From the NCBI GenBank assembly GCA_944320495.1, contig CALUHR010000009.1, forward strand, positions 64,001 through 128,000: 64,000 nt of DNA, written 5' to 3'. Position numbers and translations under genes: made by a program. Within the stretch, counting starts at the first letter, position 1; each line of letters begins with the position of its first letter. Under the pieces are notes generated by a model that was given only the letters and a program-made list of their open reading frames with translations, did not search any database and was not told where the DNA came from. Of this stretch, positions 8,408-18,824 are shown in pieces. Source of the DNA: Candidatus Methanomethylophilaceae archaeon. GTDB lineage: Archaea > Thermoplasmatota > Thermoplasmata > Methanomassiliicoccales > Methanomethylophilaceae.

Positions 8408-9061
8408 ATGTTCGATCTTTACGTCGTCACCGATTCCGACCTCTCCCGCGGACGCACCGACGCCGAGACGGCGCGTCTCGCCTACGAGGGTGGCGCCGAT
8501 GCGGTGCAGCTCAGGATGAAGCACACCGACGGAGGGGAGATGCTTGCCCAGGCGAGGGAGATCGCGGCGATGGCGCAGGAGATGGGACGGTTCTTCTTCG
8601 TGAACGATCGCGTGGACGTCGCCATGGCCTCCGGCGCAGACGGCGTCCATCTGGGTCAGTCGGACATCCCCGTGGGGACGGCGAGGAGGCTCATGGGGGA
8701 CGACGCGATCATCGGAGTCTCCGTGCAGACGGTCGAACAGGCGGTGGCCGCCGTCGAGGGCGGCGCGGATTATCTCGGCGTCGGGTCCATCTTCAGGACG
8801 TCGACCAAGCCCGACGCCGTCCAGGCGCTAGGACTCGGTGCCGTGTTCGAGATAAGGCAGGCCGTGGACGTACCGATTGTCGCCATCGGCGGGATAAACC
8901 GCGGGAACATCCAGGATGTCATACGCGCAGGAGCGGATGCGGCAGCGGTGGTCTCGGCCGTCGTCGCCCAGGACGATCCCCGTGCCGCCGCCCACGAGCT
9001 CAGGGATCTTATCCTCAAGGTCAGGCCGCACGTGGTCCCGGAGGAGGTCCCTGAGGACCGA
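8408..9061 (+). CDS. thiE: Thiamine-phosphate synthase
   Basis: LYVVTD, VQLRMK, VNDRVDVA, GVHLGQSD, TSTKPD, VAIGGIN, AVVSAV. In-frame CGA 9059-9061 after ...EEVPED; the standard-code stop TAA 9107-9109 lies inside the next gene's TATA-like element. Confidence 0.93.
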
Positions 9062-9097
9062 TCGTCCTCACACGCTTTCCGAGCGTCCCCTCCCTTC

Positions 9098-9109
9098 TTT
9101 AATATATAA
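9098..9109 (+). promoter_or_regulatory. TATA-like element for the 9130 gene
   Basis: TTTAATATATAA about 20-30 nt upstream of ATG 9130. Confidence 0.55.
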
Positions 9110-9129
9110 CAGAGGGCCTAGCCCCCTCC

Positions 9130-11604
9130 ATGCGTCCACAGGAAGACTATCTGCGCGATTTCGCCATCCTGATGACGGACAAGGGGGTCGTGGCCGTATC
9201 TGACCCTCAGCAGATAGCCGTTTACGATTACCTAGACCATTCCGGCAGGAGGAGGCCCAGCGACATAGCCGACGCTCTCGGCCTGCCGTCTTCGTCCCTG
9301 CACTTCGTGCTGGACAAGATGGTCGATTCGGGGATCATTATGAGGTCCAAGCCGGACCCGGCGAAGAAGGAGGTGTACTACTCGGTCCTCGCCCAGAAGA
9401 TCGCGGGCTCCGCCGAACCGTCCCCGACCGCCGCAGAGGATTGCCAGAGGGTGTTCGCCCATCAGGATGACAAGTACCGCGGCGTGGCCAGTGTGGCCAA
9501 CATGTTCGAGAGCTACGCCGCCGAGATCGGGCTGGAGCACAGCCAGCTGAGGTCCAGGTACGTAAGGGACCTGGCCGCCGCCATGAGGGACGATATCGGC
9601 ACTGGGGCGCTGGAGTCGGTGATGCAGGCCATAAAGGACCGCTTCACCGCGCTCACCGGGTACAGGATGAGCGTCTACTCTCTGAATCCGCCCACGATCA
9701 TCTTCGAGGGTGACAAGATTCTGTCCTCCAACATGGACATGCTGTCCGGTCTGGTATCGTTCATGATGACCAACGCCACGGGCAGGACCCTCGGGGTCAG
9801 GTCCGTCGAGGACTTCAGCAACGAGGAGACGTCCAGGTTCAAGGTCACATACGACCGCGTGGAGGAGGCTCCTGAGCCGTACATCAACACTTCGCTCCCC
9901 CAGCTCGGGGAGCCGGAGAGGTTCCTGGTCCTGGACATCGACGGGCGCGTCGCGCTGCTGCTGAACGACATCCAGACCAAGCTGGTGGACGCCATCTACG
10001 AGAGGCCTCTCTGCGTGACGGACGTGGTGAACACGGTCGGGATGCCCAGGTCCACCGTGACGACCAATCTGCTCAGGATGGTCGAGGAGGGAGTGGCATC
10101 CGTGTTCTACTCCGAGTCCGGGGCCTTGTACTACGGTCTCAGCTGCTCGATCCTCATGAAGAGGGTGCGTAGGGTCAGCAGGGATTCGACCCTCACGAGG
10201 GCCGCGGTGAGGTCGGCGATCTCCGGCAACGCGTTCCTGGAGGGCTATCTCCAGTACATGCTCGCGTCACTGCAGGAGCTCGGTTTCGAGACCGACTACC
10301 TGATGGTCGTCCTGGGCGCCAAGTACATGAGGGTCGCCGGACAGGACGGACCCAAGAACTTCGATTCTTACTTCGGCAAGATGTCGGACATCGCCAAGGT
10401 GTTCGGGCTGTCGCTGAGCGTCGTCTCGGTGTACCCGCTGACCATCGGCATCACCAAGGACGGCGAGGGGGAGGCCCCGGCGCCGGCCATGACCTTCGTG
10501 AAGGGGATGGCTCATCAGGGACTGGAGATGGCCTCCTCGGGAATATTCGTCAGAGTCTCGGAGGAGACGCCTGACGACATGCGCGTGTCGTTCAAGGAGA
10601 TCTACCCGTCGCTGAGCATGACGCCGGCGGCGGGATCCGAGGCCGAAGCGGAGGCCGAGGCCGCGCCGACCAAGAAGAAGAGGACGTCCTCCGTCAGGGA
10701 GGCGCTTCGCAACAGGAGCGCCAGGTCCGACGGCAGCCCCGTCAGGACGATGCGCTACATCACCGGCATAGCCGTGGTGCTGTTCGCCGCCGTGCTCGTG
10801 GTCTTCTCGATGGGAGGCGGTATGGACAATACCGCCACCGCCGAGACATATACGATAGATGTCGACGCCGAGGGCGTCACGCTCTACGACGTGACCGGTG
10901 TCGAGATCGAGATGCCCTATGTCGTCCCCGCCAACGGCACCGTGTCGTTCTCCGTCGACCTCGGAGAAGCAGAGGCCGTGGGCATGGTCATCAACGGCAA
11001 GGCGATCCCGCTCGACCGGATGTACGAGGCCGTCGACGGCGTGTACACTGTGACCGTGGACCGCGATATGGATCTCGAGGAGCTCAGGACCGTAACCGTG
11101 TCGAACGGGCTGTCCGCCAGCATCTACGATTTCGGCTATGCGGTCGATGCCTCCTACGCATACAACTTCGACGGGTACTACTCGGCCGTCGACTACATCT
11201 CCTCCGCAGGGGCCCTCTGGACCACCGCGGACGCGTGGATGGTGCTCACGCCCGGCGAGAACGGATACGTCTCCATCGATGACGACGCCGATGTGTACCT
11301 GGACAGGATCGTCGTCCCCGCATGGAGCGACGTCTCCGCCTCGTCTGAGACGCTCCCCGCCGACTACGTCACGGTGGACCTGCAGGGCGAGTACGAGGTC
11401 TGCGGATTCCATGTCGAGGGCGAGATGAAGGTCGCCGCGGGAGAATCCGTGACGCTGGAGTTCGTCAGCACCGACGGTCCCGTCGTCCTCACGCTGACCG
11501 AGGGCGGAAGGGAGTCCAATCTCCCGATGTCGCTCGACCGGACGTTCGTCCTCGAGGTCGACGCCGATTCGACGGTGTCGTACCAGCACACGATCGTACG
11601 CTGA
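9130..11604 (+). CDS. Membrane-anchored regulator: two winged-HTH modules, one TM helix, beta-rich C-terminal domain
   Basis: HTH1 RRPSDIADALGLPSSSLHFVLDKMVDSGII; HTH2 LCVTDVVNTVGMPRSTVTTNLLRMVEEGV; basic KKKR linker; TM YITGIAVVLFAAVLVVFSMG; acidic beta-rich tail. Confidence 0.75.
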   Translation: MRPQEDYLRDFAILMTDKGVVAVSDPQQIAVYDYLDHSGRRRPSDIADALGLPSSSLHFVLDKMVDSGIIMRSKPDPAKKEVYYSVLAQKIAGSAEPSPTAAEDCQRVFAHQDDKYRGVASVANMFESYAAEIGLEHSQLRSRYVRDLAAAMRDDIGTGALESVMQAIKDRFTALTGYRMSVYSLNPPTIIFEGDKILSSNMDMLSGLVSFMMTNATGRTLGVRSVEDFSNEETSRFKVTYDRVEEAPEPYINTSLPQLGEPERFLVLDIDGRVALLLNDIQTKLVDAIYERPLCVTDVVNTVGMPRSTVTTNLLRMVEEGVASVFYSESGALYYGLSCSILMKRVRRVSRDSTLTRAAVRSAISGNAFLEGYLQYMLASLQELGFETDYLMVVLGAKYMRVAGQDGPKNFDSYFGKMSDIAKVFGLSLSVVSVYPLTIGITKDGEGEAPAPAMTFVKGMAHQGLEMASSGIFVRVSEETPDDMRVSFKEIYPSLSMTPAAGSEAEAEAEAAPTKKKRTSSVREALRNRSARSDGSPVRTMRYITGIAVVLFAAVLVVFSMGGGMDNTATAETYTIDVDAEGVTLYDVTGVEIEMPYVVPANGTVSFSVDLGEAEAVGMVINGKAIPLDRMYEAVDGVYTVTVDRDMDLEELRTVTVSNGLSASIYDFGYAVDASYAYNFDGYYSAVDYISSAGALWTTADAWMVLTPGENGYVSIDDDADVYLDRIVVPAWSDVSASSETLPADYVTVDLQGEYEVCGFHVEGEMKVAAGESVTLEFVSTDGPVVLTLTEGGRESNLPMSLDRTFVLEVDADSTVSYQHTIVR

Positions 11605-11620
11605 AACCAATTCCCCTGCC

Positions 11621-12850
11621 ATGCGCTGTCCGAACTGCGGAGCCGACGTGGTGGGGGATTCCCCATTCTGTCCTAGCTGCGGAGCCGACCTGACCTCCAA
11701 GGTGCGCTCCCGCAGGAGGTTTCTGCTCAACGTGGACCGTGGCGTCCGTCATGGGGCTGCCGCGGCGATCACGTTCATGGCCGTGGTGTCGGTCCTAGCC
11801 GTGGTCCTGTCCGCATTCCCTGCTCCCGCGGTGGAGTCCCCGGGACCGGACGACACCTTCCTACCGCCCGATGACGCCATGGAGCTGAACGACGGATACG
11901 TCGTCCTCGGCGGTGCGTTCTCCGACGGGACCATGTCCGCCAAGGTGGACGGCGAGGGATATCTGGACATCACATTATCGGATGCCGTCGCCGACGGATG
12001 CCACACGTTCCTGTGGGATTTCAGGGACGTCGCCTCTGCGGAATCGTACATGCTGACCAAGACGGAGCAGCAGTATCCGGGCGCGGCATCGACCCTCGAG
12101 TGGATCGAGCCGGACTACGGCGAGTGGACCGTCACGGTGACGTGCGTGTCCGACGAGGGCCAGACCGTCGTTCGGGGGACCATATCGTATTACGGAGACC
12201 TGGAGGAGACAATGGTCTGGGAGCACGAGGGCAGGACCCTCAGGGTGACCTACGGGATATCCCTGGGAGTGTACGCCGCCGCTCTGACGGCCGACTTGCC
12301 AAGGGAGGAGGACTCCGTGTCTGCGGCGCTCGGATGCGTGGATGCGGATGCGGCATCCGCCCTCGAGTCGCTGATCTGGGAGGCATACTCCTCCACGTTC
12401 ACCTTCGACCGCTCGTCCACGGACTACGCCCGCTGCATCCTGTCGTTCGTATCATCATGCATAGAAACTCGCGACGACCTCACCGCGTTCGGCACCTCGG
12501 TGTACTGGAGCACTCCCGTCGAGACCCTGTACAACGGCTACGGCGACACGGGGGACAAGGCCGTCCTCGCAGCGTCCCTTCTGGTTGCCGCCGGCTTCGA
12601 TGTGGCGCTGGCGGATCTGCCGGGGATCTGGGCTGTCGCCTTGTCCGGATGCATGGTCGGGTCCGATGTCCCATCGGGATATGCGGTCCTGGGGATCCCT
12701 GTCGGCGGAACCCTCTACCACGTCTGCTCCGTGGACGGGTTCATGGGCATCGGGATCATGCCGGACCTTTACGGGTACGACGGCGGGATAACCTTCTGCG
12801 GGGAGGTGGCGGGCGGAAGGTACGGACTGACGCTCTGCACAACGAATTAA
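11621..12850 (+). CDS. Zinc-ribbon + TM + transglutaminase-like domain (catalytic Cys absent)
   Basis: CPNC..CPSC; TM GAAAAITFMAVVSVLAVVL; YWSTPVETLYNGYGDTGDKAVLAASLL. Confidence 0.75.
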   Translation: MRCPNCGADVVGDSPFCPSCGADLTSKVRSRRRFLLNVDRGVRHGAAAAITFMAVVSVLAVVLSAFPAPAVESPGPDDTFLPPDDAMELNDGYVVLGGAFSDGTMSAKVDGEGYLDITLSDAVADGCHTFLWDFRDVASAESYMLTKTEQQYPGAASTLEWIEPDYGEWTVTVTCVSDEGQTVVRGTISYYGDLEETMVWEHEGRTLRVTYGISLGVYAAALTADLPREEDSVSAALGCVDADAASALESLIWEAYSSTFTFDRSSTDYARCILSFVSSCIETRDDLTAFGTSVYWSTPVETLYNGYGDTGDKAVLAASLLVAAGFDVALADLPGIWAVALSGCMVGSDVPSGYAVLGIPVGGTLYHVCSVDGFMGIGIMPDLYGYDGGITFCGEVAGGRYGLTLCTTN

Positions 12851-12873
12851 TACCGATTGGCAGTCGGCGGTCC

Positions 12874-13254
12874 ATGGCTTTCGGATCCGGCGCTCCATCG
12901 GAGGAGTACAAGCTCGTCGTCCTCGTAAGGACGGATCTCGACATGGGCAAGGGCAAGATCGCGGCCCAGGTCGGTCACGCCTCGGTCGAATGCGCCCTGA
13001 GGGCCGAGAAGAAGGACAAGCGCGCCTTCGACATCTGGATGAACGGCGGTCAGAAGAAGGTCGTCCTCAAGGTCGCCAACAAGGACGAGATGGTCCGCTA
13101 CATGTCCGAGGCCAAGAGCCGCGGGCTCTACGCGTGCATGATCACCGATGCCGGCCGCACCGAGGTCGAGCCCGGGACCAACACCTGCGTCGGCATTGGT
13201 CCCGCCCCCGGCTCCGAGATAGACCGCGTGACCGGCGGCCTCAAGATGCTCCGA
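12874..13254 (+). CDS. pth2: Peptidyl-tRNA hydrolase Pth2
   Basis: KLVVLVRTDLDMGKGKIAAQVGHA, QKKVVLK, DAGRTEV, GIGPA..IDRVTGGLKML then CGA (13252-13254); standard-code stop only at 13356. Confidence 0.95.
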
Positions 13255-13768
13255 TCGCGGTCAGCCTGCCGCTGCGGGTGTCGAAGACATACCCGCGCAC
13301 GGCCACATCCGAGGGGATCAGCGGGTGCCCGCTTATCAGCCGGACCGTGGACATGACCTCGTCCTTGGGGCCGGCCAGTCCGTTCAGCCAGCCGTCGATG
13401 TCCGCCGACTCGATCGCGGCCTCATCTATTCCCCTGGCCTTCATGTGCTCCCTCATCCCGTCCGCCGTCACCTTGCGGGCACCGCAGTCGGTGTGGCCGA
13501 TGACGGCTATCTCGGTGACCCCCAGTTCGTAGACCGCGATGAGCACCGAGTGCATGGTGTCGCCGTAGGGGTCTCTGATGCTGGCCCCGGAGTTCCTGAT
13601 CATCGCCGCGTCGCCGTCGCGGATCCCCAGAGCCCAGGGCAGGAGGCGGGTCAGGCGGGCGTCCATGCATGATATCACGGCGAGGCCCATCCTCGGGACC
13701 TTCGGCGCATCCTCCATCTCCGCGGATCCAAGGAACACGCGGTTGTTCTCGAGGAGCCGGTCGCTCAC
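13241..13768 (-). CDS. Beta-class carbonic anhydrase
   Basis: ISCMDARL, IRNSGA, IGHTDCG zinc ligands; GTG start overlapping the thiM stop (GTGA). Confidence 0.92.
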   Translation of the reverse strand: MSDRLLENNRVFLGSAEMEDAPKVPRMGLAVISCMDARLTRLLPWALGIRDGDAAMIRNSGASIRDPYGDTMHSVLIAVYELGVTEIAVIGHTDCGARKVTADGMREHMKARGIDEAAIESADIDGWLNGLAGPKDEVMSTVRLISGHPLIPSDVAVRGYVFDTRSGRLTAIGAS

Positions 13769-14556
13769 AGCTCCTCCCACCTCGCACGGGAGTCCACGGT
13801 CTCGGAATCCATGGAGTCGAGGGCGTCGAGCAGGGCCGGACGGAACGTCCCGGGTCCGCTGCATCTCGTGGCGGCGATCTCCGCGGCTACGTTGAACACC
13901 GTGATCGCGGATGCCACAGACTCCAGGGACGGGCCGCAGGCGCCGACGTAGCATCCGACCACGGACGACAGCATGCATCCGGTGCCCGACACGCGGGACT
14001 GGTAGCTGCTGCCGTTGGACAGTCTCAGGACGGTCCTGCCGTCGGAGACGTAGTCCGTCTCACCGGTGGCCGCGACCACGCATCCGTAGGATTCCGCCAG
14101 ACTCCTGACGCTCTCGGCCTCATCCGACGAACCGCGGGAGTCCACGCCCTCGACCCTCCCTCCGAGTCCGGAGAGCACGCCGATCTCACCGGCGTTCCCC
14201 TTGATGACGGCCGGATTCAGCCCCATGAGCATGCGGGCGGTCTCGGTGCGGTATCCGGTGGCTCCCGCTCCCACGGGGTCCAGGATCATCGGGACGCCCT
14301 TCGAACGGGCGCATTCGGCGGCGATGCGCATGGAGCCGACGGTCCTCTCGTTCAGGGTGCCGATGTTCAGGACCGTGGCCGAGGAGATGGCCACCATCTC
14401 GGGGACGTCCTCGGCGGCATCGGTCATAACCGGCGATCCGCCGGCGCAGATGCACACGTTGGCGCAGTCGTTGACTGTGACATAGTTGGTGATGTGGTGC
14501 ACCAGCGGGACGGTCCCTCTCACACGGGCCATGAACTCGGAAGGTCTGGCGTTCAT
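13765..14556 (-). CDS. thiM: Hydroxyethylthiazole kinase
   Basis: PLVHHITNYVT, GGSPVM, VLNIGTL, LDPVGAGAT, IKGNAGEI, VSGTGC. Confidence 0.95.
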   Translation of the reverse strand: MNARPSEFMARVRGTVPLVHHITNYVTVNDCANVCICAGGSPVMTDAAEDVPEMVAISSATVLNIGTLNERTVGSMRIAAECARSKGVPMILDPVGAGATGYRTETARMLMGLNPAVIKGNAGEIGVLSGLGGRVEGVDSRGSSDEAESVRSLAESYGCVVAATGETDYVSDGRTVLRLSNGSSYQSRVSGTGCMLSSVVGCYVGACGPSLESVASAITVFNVAAEIAATRCSGPGTFRPALLDALDSMDSETVDSRARWEEL

Positions 14557-14590
14557 GCGCACCGTTATGCCCGTCGTCTATAACCGACCA

Positions 14591-16279
14591 TCGGACCGAC
14601 TCGATCCTGCATGCGAAGATCGCATCCTCCGGGTGATGCCCTTCGGACGTGTCCCCGATCTCGAAGGAATCCCCGCTGGTCTCGCAGAGGACGAACCTGT
14701 ACCCCAGTATCTCGATGCCGTATCCGGGGGCGTCCAGATCCACGGCGGGCATCGCATGGTCGTCGAAGAGCAGGAACGCCGTCCGATAGCCGGAGAGGCC
14801 CATGATCGTGCCGAACAGGAACGTGGTGTCCTCGCAGTCCCCGCCACCGTCCCACAGGGTCTCCACCGGGAACTTCCAGTACTCATGGGATCCGCGCGTG
14901 TCGATGTCCTCCAGGTACGGCACCGACTGGACGAACTCGAGGACGAACTCCGCGTACTGCAGCCTGTCCAGCCCGGAGCCGAGCTCCATCAGCTTCTCGG
15001 CCATCCTGACGATGACGGGGTCGTCCGGCGTGTAGAACGTCTCCATGTGGGACTGGTAATGCTGTGCGAACCTGGGAAGGGTCGGATCATCATACTCATG
15101 GGCGTACGCCTGGCTGAGGAACACCGTGTCGGAGTACCGGTACCTGATGCCGTCGTACACCCAGGTGAATGAGAACGTCCTCTCGTCCTCGATGAGGAAC
15201 TCGAGGGTGGTGGTGACGCCGTCGATGGCCTTGGTCGCCGTGTACAGCCCCGGGGACTCAGGGCGTGCGACTGCTCCTCCCGAGGCATCGGTGATCTCCG
15301 CGTCTCCGAACCCCATGTCGATGACGTCCTGGAAGCCACTGACGACGACGTATCCGCTCGATGCGCAGGCGCGATAGACGTCGGACGGGGACGGCATGAG
15401 CACCGTGAGCGTGCGGTCGGTGGTGGCGAGGTGGCCGTTCACGTACCATCCCTCGAAACCGTCCCCGTAGGCGTACAGGAACAGCGGCTTGTTGGCATCC
15501 GCCTCCATGACCTCCACCGTCAGCGGATGGTCCGCGTAAACGTTCGGGGCGAACGATGTGTCCGGGTCGTAGCCGAAGACCTCTGTGGTCTCGTAGACGA
15601 CCGTCCCCTCGGTACCCATCCGGGATTCGATCATCATCGGAATCAGGAGGTCCTTGACCCACATGGTGTCGCCGCCCCTGGTCCAGACAGTGACCCTCTC
15701 CTCTCCCATGAACTGGTTGCCGGCGTACGTCCATCCGTCGGTGATGCTCCGGCACCAGCCGGAATGCGACGACCCGTCGGTCCATCCCCCGTCCGGCCAG
15801 GAGTAGAAGACGTTCCTGTCCTGGCTCACCAGCGCCATGCCGTCCCTGACGGTGTCGTAGCCCCAGGTGACGGTCCCCTCGACGGTGTGCGGGATGTCCC
15901 CGTTCCTGTACTCGCCGAAGACGTCCATGGTCCATCCGGTGCCCACGCGCGTGTCCTCCACCCATTTGGCGTAGAGGATGATGTGACCGCGGAGATCGGG
16001 GCTTATCGCCATGATGGGGTTGGTGAGAGCGGCCTCGGTGCACCATCCGGCGAACCAGTACCCTTCCCTCTCGGGGATGGGCAGGGTCGCGGAGGATCCC
16101 GCCACGTAGTATCCCGGGGCGTCCGTCGGAAGGGTTCCCCCGTCCGTGCGGTAGCTGATGTAGAACCTCTCGCCGTCCCGGACCTCCGTGTCGTCCAGCA
16201 CGGTGGTCGCGACGACCGCGGATGCGAGCGTGGCGAACGCCAGGGCAATGGCGACGGCGGCCAGCACGGACTTCCTCAT
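14591..16279 (-). CDS. Exported protein: signal/TM, InlB B-repeat-like segment, C-terminal transglutaminase-like domain
   Basis: MRKSVLAAVAIALAFATL; LPIPEREGYWFAGWCT..ILYAKW; YWKFPVETLWDGGGDCEDTT and DHAMP..ETS. In-frame CGA 14593-14591; the standard code would run to 14186 across the thiM promoter and 5' end. Confidence 0.82.
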
Positions 16280-16355
16280 GGCCGGGGCATCCGTCTATCA
16301 TCCTTAAATCATGCAGACCGACAGGCTTTAACGCCGTTGATTCATTCACCCGGAC

Positions 16356-16763
16356 ATGGCGATGATCGACATCGAGTACAGGCACCCCGAGGCGGATCCG
16401 GACGACCCCACCATAAGGCGTCGCACGAACGCCGTCATGTCCCAGTACATCAGGGACCTCATCTTCGAGATGCAGATGGCGGACATCTCGTGCGCGTTCA
16501 AGGAGACCGTGACGGAGGACGGCACCAGGGACGTCAGGATAAACGGCAGGACGATCCCGGAGATCATCGAGGGGCTCCAGATCAAGATGCTCGAGGAGGA
16601 GGACTCCTGCGACCTCGGGAGCACCAGGATGGTCAAGTTCGGCAGGCCCACCCTGGACTGGAAGAGGGAGTGGGTCGAGGACGTGCCCGACACCATCATG
16701 AAGAACGCGATCGCCAAGGTGTTCGCGGACGAGAACAGGAACAGGATCGACGTCATCAACTGA
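16356..16763 (+). CDS. Hypothetical protein (possibly DUF2703-like)
   Basis: Clean 135-aa ORF; VRINGRTIPEI and EDVPDTIMKNAI resemble DUF2703 only weakly. Confidence 0.6.
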   Translation: MAMIDIEYRHPEADPDDPTIRRRTNAVMSQYIRDLIFEMQMADISCAFKETVTEDGTRDVRINGRTIPEIIEGLQIKMLEEEDSCDLGSTRMVKFGRPTLDWKREWVEDVPDTIMKNAIAKVFADENRNRIDVIN

Positions 16764-16853
16764 AACGGTCCCGGGCCGCCGCACGGCGGTCCCCGACCTT
16801 CCAGGTCCCATCGGACCATCACCCTTATGAGAGGCCCCGCCATCGCAACGGCC

Positions 16854-18779
16854 ATGTTCGAGATACTCAGGCGGGACGGACTCGCCAGGATAGGCAGGTT
16901 CACCGTCGGCGACAAGGTCGTCGAGACCCCGGCTCTGCTCCCGGTGGTCAACCCAAAGATCTGCACCGTGCCGCCCAGGGAGCTCCACGACAGGTTCGGA
17001 TTCAACGCTCTGATTACCAACTCATACATCATACGCAACATCCCCGAGCTCAAGGAGAAGGCCCAGGCCATGGGGCTGCACGAGATGCTCGACTTCCCCG
17101 GGGTCATCATGACGGATTCCGGCACGTTCCAGAGCCACATGTACGGCGAGGTCGAGGTCACCAACGAGGAGATCGTCGAGTTCCAGAAGTCCATCGGCAC
17201 GGACATAGGCACGGTCCTCGACGTGTTCACGGAGCCGGACTGGTCCCATGAGAAGACCAAGCGCTCCCTGGAGACCACCCTCGAGAGGACGAGGAAGGCG
17301 TGCGAGATCAAGGGGAAGATGATGATCAACGGCGTCGTGCAGGGTTCCATCTACACCGATCTCCGCGAGTACAGCGCCTCCGCCATGGCCGACATGGACG
17401 TGGACGTCCACCCCGTCGGAGGCGTTGTGCCGCTGATGGAGCAGTACCGCTACTCCGAGCTGGTCGATGTGGTCATGGCATCGAAGAAGGGTCTCAACCC
17501 CTCGCGCCCGGTACATCTCTTCGGCGCCGGGCATCCGATGATCCTCGCTCTGGCAACGCTGATGGGCTGCGACCTCTTCGATTCCGCATCCTACGCCAAG
17601 TTCGCCAGGGACGACAGGATGATGTTCCTCGACGGGACGTTCAGGCTCCAGGACATGCAGACACTGGACTGCGGATGTCCCGCCTGCCAGGGCCACACCC
17701 TTCAGGACCTCAGGAAGATGAGCAAGAACGCCCGCACCAAGCTCATCGCCGAGCACAACCTCTACCAGATCACGCAGGAGCTGGCACTCGTCAAGAGATA
17801 CCTCCGCGAGGGCAGGCTCTGGGAGCTCGCCGAGATCCGCTGCCGCGCCCACCCGGCGCTGCTCGACGGTCTCAGGAGGCTGAGGGAGTGGCAGGACCTC
17901 ATGGAGCGCTACGATCCCATAAGCAGGGAGGGGGCGGTGTTCTACACAGGTCCGGAGACCCGCGCCAGGCCGGTCTACATGAGATACGCCGAGAGGCTGA
18001 ACTCCAGATACGTCCCCGAGACCAGGAAGGCCGCGTTGTTCCCCGAGCCCTCGGGCAAGCCGTACAGCAGACCGTACGCGGAGGAGTTCGCCAGGGTCCG
18101 CCGCGCAGGGTACACCCCGGTGGTGGCCAGCCCGTGGGGTCCCGTCCCCGCCGAGCTGGATGAACTCTATCCTCTGGCGCAGTCCGTCTTCCCGGAGTGC
18201 CAGGACCGCGAGACCCAGGAGGAGTCCGAGAGGCTCACCGCCGAGTTCCTGGAGTCAAAGTTCGACGTGGCCGTGGAGTACGACCAGGTCCCGGATGCAG
18301 AGGGGGAGGATGTCGATGCGGACAAGATCCGTGCCAAGGCCGTCGCCCGCTACCAGTTCGGCATCGATGCCGCCGATGCGCTGTTCAGGGAGCCCATCGA
18401 GCTCGTGAAGTCGAAGAAGACGGGGAAGATCCGCAACGTCATATCCGACGGGGAGCACGTCCTCTCCATGCGTGCCGGCGATGGGATGTACACCCTCAGG
18501 ATGGAGGGCGCCAAGAGGATCGTCGCCGCCGTGTCCGCGCCCTACATGCGCGTCGCGGTGGTCGAGGACTCCGTCCCGTTCGTATCGGAGGGGAGGAACG
18601 CGTTCGCACAGTTCGTGCTCTCCTGCGATCCCGACATCCGCCCGATGGAGGAGGTCATCGTGACCGACCCGTCGGACAGGCCCATCGCCACAGGCAGGGC
18701 GTTCCTGACCGCTTTCGAGATGGGCTCGATGAAGAAGGGGATGGCCGTCAAGGTCAGGTCCGGCTCGGACGACGAATGA
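16854..18779 (+). CDS. tgtA: Archaeosine tRNA-guanine transglycosylase with C-terminal PUA domain
   Basis: ETPALLPVVNP, IMTDSGTFQ, VQGSIY, VGGVVPLME, HLFGAGHP, GCDLFDSASY, EHNL; PUA-like EGRNAFAQFV. Confidence 0.95.
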   Translation: MFEILRRDGLARIGRFTVGDKVVETPALLPVVNPKICTVPPRELHDRFGFNALITNSYIIRNIPELKEKAQAMGLHEMLDFPGVIMTDSGTFQSHMYGEVEVTNEEIVEFQKSIGTDIGTVLDVFTEPDWSHEKTKRSLETTLERTRKACEIKGKMMINGVVQGSIYTDLREYSASAMADMDVDVHPVGGVVPLMEQYRYSELVDVVMASKKGLNPSRPVHLFGAGHPMILALATLMGCDLFDSASYAKFARDDRMMFLDGTFRLQDMQTLDCGCPACQGHTLQDLRKMSKNARTKLIAEHNLYQITQELALVKRYLREGRLWELAEIRCRAHPALLDGLRRLREWQDLMERYDPISREGAVFYTGPETRARPVYMRYAERLNSRYVPETRKAALFPEPSGKPYSRPYAEEFARVRRAGYTPVVASPWGPVPAELDELYPLAQSVFPECQDRETQEESERLTAEFLESKFDVAVEYDQVPDAEGEDVDADKIRAKAVARYQFGIDAADALFREPIELVKSKKTGKIRNVISDGEHVLSMRAGDGMYTLRMEGAKRIVAAVSAPYMRVAVVEDSVPFVSEGRNAFAQFVLSCDPDIRPMEEVIVTDPSDRPIATGRAFLTAFEMGSMKKGMAVKVRSGSDDE

Positions 18780-18824
18780 CCGGGCCACGGGGGCGCGTCG
18801 GCGCCCCCGGCCCCAAAAACGATT

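Noticed and set aside
5315-14590. TPP riboswitch upstream of thiD, thiE or thiM
   Set aside because: Leaders are short and lack the CUGAGA/ACCUGA core.
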